DNA of 30,972 nucleotides, taken from IMG/VR virus record IMGVR_UViG_2711768059_000015; one strand, 5' to 3'. The notes under the pieces are model-generated. The model was not told the origin of the DNA and searched no databases. It saw nothing but the letters and a program-made list of their open reading frames with translations. Source of the stretch: a virus. Lineage: Duplodnaviria > Heunggongvirae > Uroviricota > Caudoviricetes. The position numbers were made by a program, and so were the translations under genes. This document shows positions 25,607-30,972 of this stretch, in pieces (position 1 is the first letter of the stretch; every line of letters begins with the position of its first letter).

Positions 25607-25948
25607 ATGAGAAAATCAGTGGTGACATTAGCTTGTTTGTTTTTTATTAGTGCATGTAAGCCATCAGATAATTATGTTATTTCTTTAGGGGAAAACTTAG
25701 TTAAAGATAAGCTTATTGATCCTGATAGTGCAAAATTTAATTCTTTTTTTCATAAGTCAGGTGATTTATATGGTTATGTTTGTGGTGATGTTAATTCAAA
25801 AAACACGTTTGGTGGATATACAGGGAAAAAGCCATATTTTGTTTATTTGGAAGTTGTGGATGGAAAAGTTAAGAGTCATGGGACTGTAACAATTGTTAAT
25901 GATCATGATCCAAGCAGTATGGAAAAATATAAGTTGTTTTGCCAATAA
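25607..25948 (+). CDS. AT-rich lipoprotein moron inserted between the G/T chaperones and the tape measure gene
   Basis: ATG at 25607 with AGGAGG RBS. Signal peptide with lipobox (FISAC). About 113 aa. Strongly AT-rich against GC-rich neighbours. Followed by its own terminator. Confidence 0.7.
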   Translation: MRKSVVTLACLFFISACKPSDNYVISLGENLVKDKLIDPDSAKFNSFFHKSGDLYGYVCGDVNSKNTFGGYTGKKPYFVYLEVVDGKVKSHGTVTIVNDHDPSSMEKYKLFCQ

Positions 25949-25960
25949 TTATCATCTTAA

Positions 25961-25984
25961 AAAACCGCAGAAGCGGTTTTTTTA
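25961..25984 (+). terminator. Rho-independent terminator after the lipoprotein moron
   Basis: AACCGC-AGAA-GCGGTT followed by a TTTTTTT run. Confidence 0.6.
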
Positions 25985-25997
25985 TGGGGTAAAGTAA

Positions 25998-28900
25998 ATG
26001 GCGACATTACGTGAGCTGATTATTAAAATCTCGGCAAATTCCCGGTCATTCCAGTCAGAGATCTCCCGGGCTTCGCGTATGGGGCAGGATTACTACCGTA
26101 CCATGCAGAACGGAGGCCGGCAGTCCGCTGCTGCATCCCGTGAAATGCGGCGTGCACTGGCAGAAGTGACGGATCAGATAAATACAGCTAAATCTTCGGC
26201 ACTGAATATGGCGGGGGCATTTGCCGGGGCTTTTGCTACCGGTCATCTTATTTCTCTCGCCGATGAGTGGAATTCAGTAAATGCCCGTCTGAAGCAGGCC
26301 TCACAGTCCACTGATGATTTTCAGGTATCACAACGTGAATTAATGGCAATCAGCCAGAGAACGGGAACGGCGTTTTCTGATAACGCCAGCCTTTTTGCCC
26401 GCTCTGCAGCTTCCATGCGGGAGTATGGCTACAGTTCTGAGGAGGTACTGAAAGTCACCGAGGCTATCTCCACGGGCCTGAAATTATCCGGTGCCAGTGC
26501 AGTAGAAGCCAGTTCGGTGATCACGCAGTTCAGTCAGGCACTGGCGCAGGGAGTGCTGCGCGGTGAAGAATTTAACTCTGTGAATGAGAACGGCGATCGT
26601 GTTATTCGTGCGCTGGCTGCGGGAATGGGTGTTGCCCGTAAGGATCTGAAGGCCATGGCGGATAACGGAAAGTTGACCGCCGATAAGGTTGTTCCTGCAC
26701 TGATTAGTCAGCTTGGGGCGTTGCGTGATGAATATGCAGCAATGCCTGATACGGTTTCATCCTCTGCAACCAAAGTTGAAAACGCCTTTATGGCCTGGGT
26801 TGGTGGTGCGAACGAAGCAAGCGGAGTGACGAAGACGCTCTCCGGTGTGCTGAATGGTATTGCAGGCAATATTGACACTGTGGCAACCGCTGCCGGTGCT
26901 CTGGTTGCCGTCGGGGTAGCCCGATATTTTGGCAATATGGCATCTTCTGCTGGATCTGCAACTGCCGGATTAATTACTGCAGCCAGAAACGAAGTAGCTC
27001 TTGCGGAAGCGCAGCTCCGGGGGACGCAGATAGCAACCGCCAGGGCGCGTGCGGCGGTTTATCGTGCGCAACAGGCGGTCGCGGCTACCCGTGGTACTGA
27101 AAGACAGGCAGCCGCAGAAGCGAAACTGGCTGCTGCCCAGGCATCACTTACCCGTAATATTGCGGCCAGAACAGCAGCACAGACAACGCTGAATACTGTC
27201 ACGTCAGTGGGGAGTCGTTTATTAAGTGGTGCGCTGGGGCTGGTTGGTGGTGTGCCGGGACTCGTCATGCTGGGGGCGACGGCCTGGTACACGATGTATC
27301 AGAATCAGGAGCAGGCCAGAGAATCTGCACGCCAGTATGCCGCAACAATCGACGAAATTCGCCAGAAAACGTCGGCAATGTCGCTTCCTGAAGCGTCAGA
27401 TAATGAGGAAAAGACGCGGCAGGCACTGGAGGAACAAAATCGCCTGATTAACGAACAGGAAGGAAAAATTCGCGGACTGAAAAATCAAATTGCTGATTAT
27501 CAACGTTGGCTTGATGAAAGTTCGCAGAGTGGTTCTGGTGCTGAAATCATCCTTAAAGGGCTTGCAGAAGCAACAAATCAACTGGCAGTTGAACAGTCCC
27601 GTCTCACACAAATGCAGGGCAAAGCGCAATCCATTCAGGATGTGCTTGCCGGGCTGGAGGAGCGACGAGTGGCGTTGATCCGTCAACAGGCAGCGGAACA
27701 AAACAAAGCGTATCAGTCCCTGTTGATCATGAATGGGAAGCATACCGAGTTTAATCGCCTTCTCGGGCTTGGTAATGAATTACTTCAGCAGCGACAGGGG
27801 CTGGTGAATGTACCGTTACGGCTACCACAGGCAACTCTGGATGATAAACAGCAGACCGCACTGAATAACAGCAAGCGCGAACTGGCTCTGTCCCGCCTTA
27901 AGGGGGAAGCGCGTGAGCGTGCCCGACTGGGCTATGCTGCGGATGATCTCGGCTTTGTGGGAGAGGCGTATCGGACAGCCAGACAGAATTATATCAATAA
28001 CTCACTGGATGCCTGGCGAAATAACCAGGCAAATAAACCCAAAGCGCATAAAAAGACCGAAGCGGAAAAAACAGAAGATATTTATAAACGGCTGATTAAA
28101 CAGCAAAAAGAACAGATAGCACTGGCAGGGCAGAATACTGAACTGGCTAAGATGAAATATCAGGTCAGTCAGGGCGAATTATCAACCCTGTCAGAAGCGC
28201 AGAAAAAAACGCTTTTGCAGAATGCAGCACTCATCGACCAGAAAAAGATTCGTGAGCAGCTTGCCGCGTATGAAAGCAGTCTGGCGGACAGTAATGCCAG
28301 TGCCCGGGCATCTGACGACGCGCAGTTGCTGGGATATGGTGAAGGCTCACGGATGCGTGAACGACTCCAGGAAATGTGGAGTATCCGGCATGAGTTTGAG
28401 CAGAAAAATAACGAGCTGCTGAGACAGTATCAGGCCGGAGAAATTGAAGAAGCCCTGTGGAAACAGGAGAAAGAACTGAATAAAAAATATCTGGAAGAGC
28501 GTCTCAGCGATCAGCAGGATTATTATGCAAAGGCCGATGCTTTACGTAATAACTGGAATGCCGGACTCCAGGAGGGACTGACCAACTGGGCAGACAGTGC
28601 CACCGATTATGCTTCACAGGCGGCAGATGCTGTTGTTTCCACGATGGACGGGCTGGTATCAAATATTTCCGATGCACTGGCCGGGAATGTTGTGGAGTGG
28701 AGGAACTGGGGGAGTTCAGTTCTCCGGGAAGTTTCAAAAATTCTGATGAATGCGGCCATTGTTAACGGACTGAAGTCACTCTCCGGTGCCGGAGGGTGGC
28801 TTGGTACGGTCGGCGGATGGATTTCGGGGGCGGTGGCAAACGCAAAAGGTGGTGTTTACACATCGGCAAATCTGAGTGCTTACAGTAACACTATTGTGGA

Positions 28901-29198
28901 TACACCGACGTATTTTGCTTTTGCGAAAGGTGCCGGGCTGATGGGCGAGGCCGGGCCTGAAGCTATCATGCCACTGACACGGGCAGCGGACGGCTCTCTT
29001 GGGGTCAGAGCCATTGGCAATGTGAATGGTGGCGGTGGATTTGTTTATTCTCCCGTGTATCACATTAGCATTCAGAATCAAGGGAGCAATGGCGAGATAG
29101 ATACGCGCTCAGCCAGGGGACTGGTGGATCTGATCGACAGCAGGGTTGTGTCAATTATGCAGTCATCGCGTCGGGATGGAGGATTATACAGTGCCTGA
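25998..29198 (+). CDS. H: Tail tape measure protein (lambda gpH-like)
   Basis: 1066 aa, Ala/Gln-rich coiled coil. Position after G/T and before M, L, K. Confidence 0.9.
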   Translation: MATLRELIIKISANSRSFQSEISRASRMGQDYYRTMQNGGRQSAAASREMRRALAEVTDQINTAKSSALNMAGAFAGAFATGHLISLADEWNSVNARLKQASQSTDDFQVSQRELMAISQRTGTAFSDNASLFARSAASMREYGYSSEEVLKVTEAISTGLKLSGASAVEASSVITQFSQALAQGVLRGEEFNSVNENGDRVIRALAAGMGVARKDLKAMADNGKLTADKVVPALISQLGALRDEYAAMPDTVSSSATKVENAFMAWVGGANEASGVTKTLSGVLNGIAGNIDTVATAAGALVAVGVARYFGNMASSAGSATAGLITAARNEVALAEAQLRGTQIATARARAAVYRAQQAVAATRGTERQAAAEAKLAAAQASLTRNIAARTAAQTTLNTVTSVGSRLLSGALGLVGGVPGLVMLGATAWYTMYQNQEQARESARQYAATIDEIRQKTSAMSLPEASDNEEKTRQALEEQNRLINEQEGKIRGLKNQIADYQRWLDESSQSGSGAEIILKGLAEATNQLAVEQSRLTQMQGKAQSIQDVLAGLEERRVALIRQQAAEQNKAYQSLLIMNGKHTEFNRLLGLGNELLQQRQGLVNVPLRLPQATLDDKQQTALNNSKRELALSRLKGEARERARLGYAADDLGFVGEAYRTARQNYINNSLDAWRNNQANKPKAHKKTEAEKTEDIYKRLIKQQKEQIALAGQNTELAKMKYQVSQGELSTLSEAQKKTLLQNAALIDQKKIREQLAAYESSLADSNASARASDDAQLLGYGEGSRMRERLQEMWSIRHEFEQKNNELLRQYQAGEIEEALWKQEKELNKKYLEERLSDQQDYYAKADALRNNWNAGLQEGLTNWADSATDYASQAADAVVSTMDGLVSNISDALAGNVVEWRNWGSSVLREVSKILMNAAIVNGLKSLSGAGGWLGTVGGWISGAVANAKGGVYTSANLSAYSNTIVDTPTYFAFAKGAGLMGEAGPEAIMPLTRAADGSLGVRAIGNVNGGGGFVYSPVYHISIQNQGSNGEIDTRSARGLVDLIDSRVVSIMQSSRRDGGLYSA

Positions 29199-29532
29199 GC
29201 CTGAAGTTTTTAACTGGATCCCCCGTGAGGGGATGGAGACGACACGAAAGCCATCAGTTATTACGGTAAAGTTTGGTGACGGATATGAACAGCGACGGGC
29301 TGGTGGGCTGAATGCGGATCTGAAAACGTTTAAACCGGTATTTCGTGTCACAGATGAATACTCCCGTGCCGCGCTGGACAGTTTTTTATCCCGTCATGCC
29401 GGGATTCGTGCTTTTTTGTGGCGCCCGCCAAAACACAACAGGACTGTCCGGGTTGTCTGCAGGGAGTGGAGCATTTCGGATAATGCCATGTATACCGATT
29501 TTAACTGTACCTTTGAAGAGGTCACTCACTGA
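29191..29532 (+). CDS. M: Minor tail protein M
   Basis: Lambda gpM-like sequence (VKFGDGYEQRRAGGLNADLKT...FLWRPP). GTG at 29191 with GGAGG RBS overlapping the tape measure stop; the ATG at 29176 is an alternative start. Confidence 0.75.
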   Translation: MPEPEVFNWIPREGMETTRKPSVITVKFGDGYEQRRAGGLNADLKTFKPVFRVTDEYSRAALDSFLSRHAGIRAFLWRPPKHNRTVRVVCREWSISDNAMYTDFNCTFEEVTH

Positions 29533-30230
29533 TGCAGGATATACAGCAGGAAACACTCAATGAGTGCACTAAAACGGAGCAATCCGCGCTGGTCGTGCTC
29601 TGGGAAATTGATCTGACAGAGGTCGGCGGAGATCGTTACTTTTTCTGCAATGAGCAGAACGAAAAAGGTGAACCAGTCACCTGGCAGGGGCGGCAGTATC
29701 AGGCCTATCCCATTCAGGGAAGTGGATTTGAGATGAACGGCAAAGGAGCCAGTGCAAGGCCAACGCTGAAAGTCTCTAATCTGCACGGCATGGTCACCGG
29801 GATGGCGGAAGACCTGCAGAGTCTGGTCGGCGGAACGGTGGTCCGGCGTAAGGTTTACGCCCGTTTTCTGGATGCGGTGAACTTCGTCAACGGAAACAGT
29901 GACGCCGATCCGGAGCAGGAGGTGATCAGCCGCTGGCGCATCGAGCAGTGCAGCGAACTGAGCGCGGTGAGTGCCTCCTTTGTACTGTCCACGCCGACGG
30001 AAACGGATGGCGCTGTTTTTCCGGGGCGTATCATGCTGGCCAACACCTGCACCTGGACCTATCGCGGTGATGAGTGCGGTTATCACGGTCCGGCAGTCGC
30101 GGATGAATATGACCAGCTGACGTCCGATACCACGAAAGATAAATGCAGCAAATGCCTGAGTGGCTGTAAGTTTCGCAATAACGTCGGCAACTTTGGCGGC
30201 TTCCTTTCCATTAACAAACTTTCGCAGTAA
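29532..30230 (+). CDS. L: Minor tail protein L
   Basis: 232 aa, lambda gpL-like, with a C-terminal Cys cluster (CSKCLSGCKFRNN). ATGA overlap with M. Confidence 0.85.
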   Translation: MQDIQQETLNECTKTEQSALVVLWEIDLTEVGGDRYFFCNEQNEKGEPVTWQGRQYQAYPIQGSGFEMNGKGASARPTLKVSNLHGMVTGMAEDLQSLVGGTVVRRKVYARFLDAVNFVNGNSDADPEQEVISRWRIEQCSELSAVSASFVLSTPTETDGAVFPGRIMLANTCTWTYRGDECGYHGPAVADEYDQLTSDTTKDKCSKCLSGCKFRNNVGNFGGFLSINKLSQ

Positions 30231-30234
30231 ACCC

Positions 30235-30972
30235 ATGACAGAAACAGAATCAGCGATTCTGGCGCACGCCCGGCGATGTGCGCCAGCGGAGTCGTGCGGC
30301 TTCGTGGTGAGAGCGCCGGAGGGGGAAAGATATTTTCCCTGCATGAATATTTCCGGTGAGCCGGAGGGTTATTTCCGGATGTCGCCGGAAGACTGGCTGC
30401 AGGCAGAAATGCAGGGTGAGATTGTGGCGCTGGTCCACAGCCACCCCGGTGGTCTGCCCTGGCTGAGTGAGGCCGACCGGCGGCTGCAGGTGCAGAGTGA
30501 TTTGCCGTGGTGGCTGGTCTGCCTGGGCGTGATTCACAAGTTCCGCTGTGTGCCGTATCTCACCGGGCGGCGCTTTGAGCACGGAGTGACGGACTGTTAC
30601 ACGCTGTTCCGGGACGCTTACCATCTGGCGGGAATTGAGATGCCGGATTTTCATCGCGGGGATGACTGGTGGCGTCACGGCCAGAATCTCTATCTTGACA
30701 ATATGGAGGCAACGGGTTTTTACCGTGTCCCACTGACAGAGGCGCAGCCTGGCGACGTGCTGCTGTGCTGTTTTGGTTCATCGGTGCCGAATCATGCCGC
30801 CATTTACTGTGGCGACGGCGAGCTGCTGCACCATATTCCTGAACAACTGAGTAAACGAGAGAGGTACACCGACAAATGGCAGCGACGCACACACTCCCTC
30901 TGGCGTCACCGGGCATGGCACGCATCTGCCTTTACGGGGATTTGCAACGATTTGGCCGCCGCATCGACCTTC
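30235..30972 (+). CDS. K: Tail tip assembly protein K (JAB/MPN plus NlpC/P60-like domains), truncated at the window's 3' end
   Basis: Open frame from the ATG at 30235 to the window end with no stop. HSHP motif (JAB/MPN) and a downstream Cys/His region. Confidence 0.8.
   Translation, partial: MTETESAILAHARRCAPAESCGFVVRAPEGERYFPCMNISGEPEGYFRMSPEDWLQAEMQGEIVALVHSHPGGLPWLSEADRRLQVQSDLPWWLVCLGVIHKFRCVPYLTGRRFEHGVTDCYTLFRDAYHLAGIEMPDFHRGDDWWRHGQNLYLDNMEATGFYRVPLTEAQPGDVLLCCFGSSVPNHAAIYCGDGELLHHIPEQLSKRERYTDKWQRRTHSLWRHRAWHASAFTGICNDLAAASTF

Larger units (their letters stand above)
1..30972. mobile_element. Lambdoid prophage (integrase end through tail tip assembly genes); attachment sites lie outside the window
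   Basis: Canonical lambdoid gene order throughout: int-xis, cI/cro switch, replication, RusA, Q, lysis, HNH-terminase, HK97-type head, lambda-type tail (V, G/T, H, M, L, K). Confidence 0.9.

Noticed and set aside
29526-30344. 272-aa minus-strand ORF spanning the M/L/K tail genes
   Set aside because: Antisense shadow ORF across three well-supported tail genes. Arg/Ala-rich composition typical of GC-rich antisense frames.
1-30972. CRISPR arrays, IS elements or transposase genes
   Set aside because: No regularly spaced direct repeats and no transposase-like ORFs found. The only recombinase is the phage-type tyrosine integrase at the prophage end.

Overview
The window is essentially one lambdoid prophage (lambda-like regulation and tail, HK97-like head) from an enterobacterial host, read from its integrase end. 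All family assignments are from motifs I recognise by eye; no searches were run. No rRNA, tRNA, CRISPR array or IS element was seen. Layout: (1) int and xis, then a minus-strand leftward early operon (1615-5260) made almost entirely of unrecognised genes, including an SPFH/band-7 lipoprotein with two tiny membrane partners. (2) The cI/cro immunity switch (5406-6528), with a cI terminator and a strong candidate PL/OL downstream. (3) Antirepressor, Lar and Rha accessory genes. (4) A replication module (initiator, DnaC-like loader, DnaB-like helicase), RusA and a Q antiterminator with PR'/tR'. (5) A cargo island in the stx-equivalent position: an ORF6N-domain protein and an AT-rich AppY-like AraC regulator, each followed by a terminator. 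(6) A lysis cassette (holin, second membrane protein, M15 endolysin) followed by three small membrane ORFs. (7) HNH, TerS, TerL, portal, prohead protease, major capsid, head-tail joining proteins, major tail protein, G/T chaperones with a -1 frameshift site, an AT-rich lipoprotein moron, tape measure, M, L and a 3'-truncated K. The best candidates for undescribed biology are the paralogous pair at the head of the leftward operon (4611-5260), the SPFH three-gene operon (2451-3594), the 62-aa/193-aa overlapping pair (3640-4406) and the lipoprotein moron inside the tail module (25607-25948).
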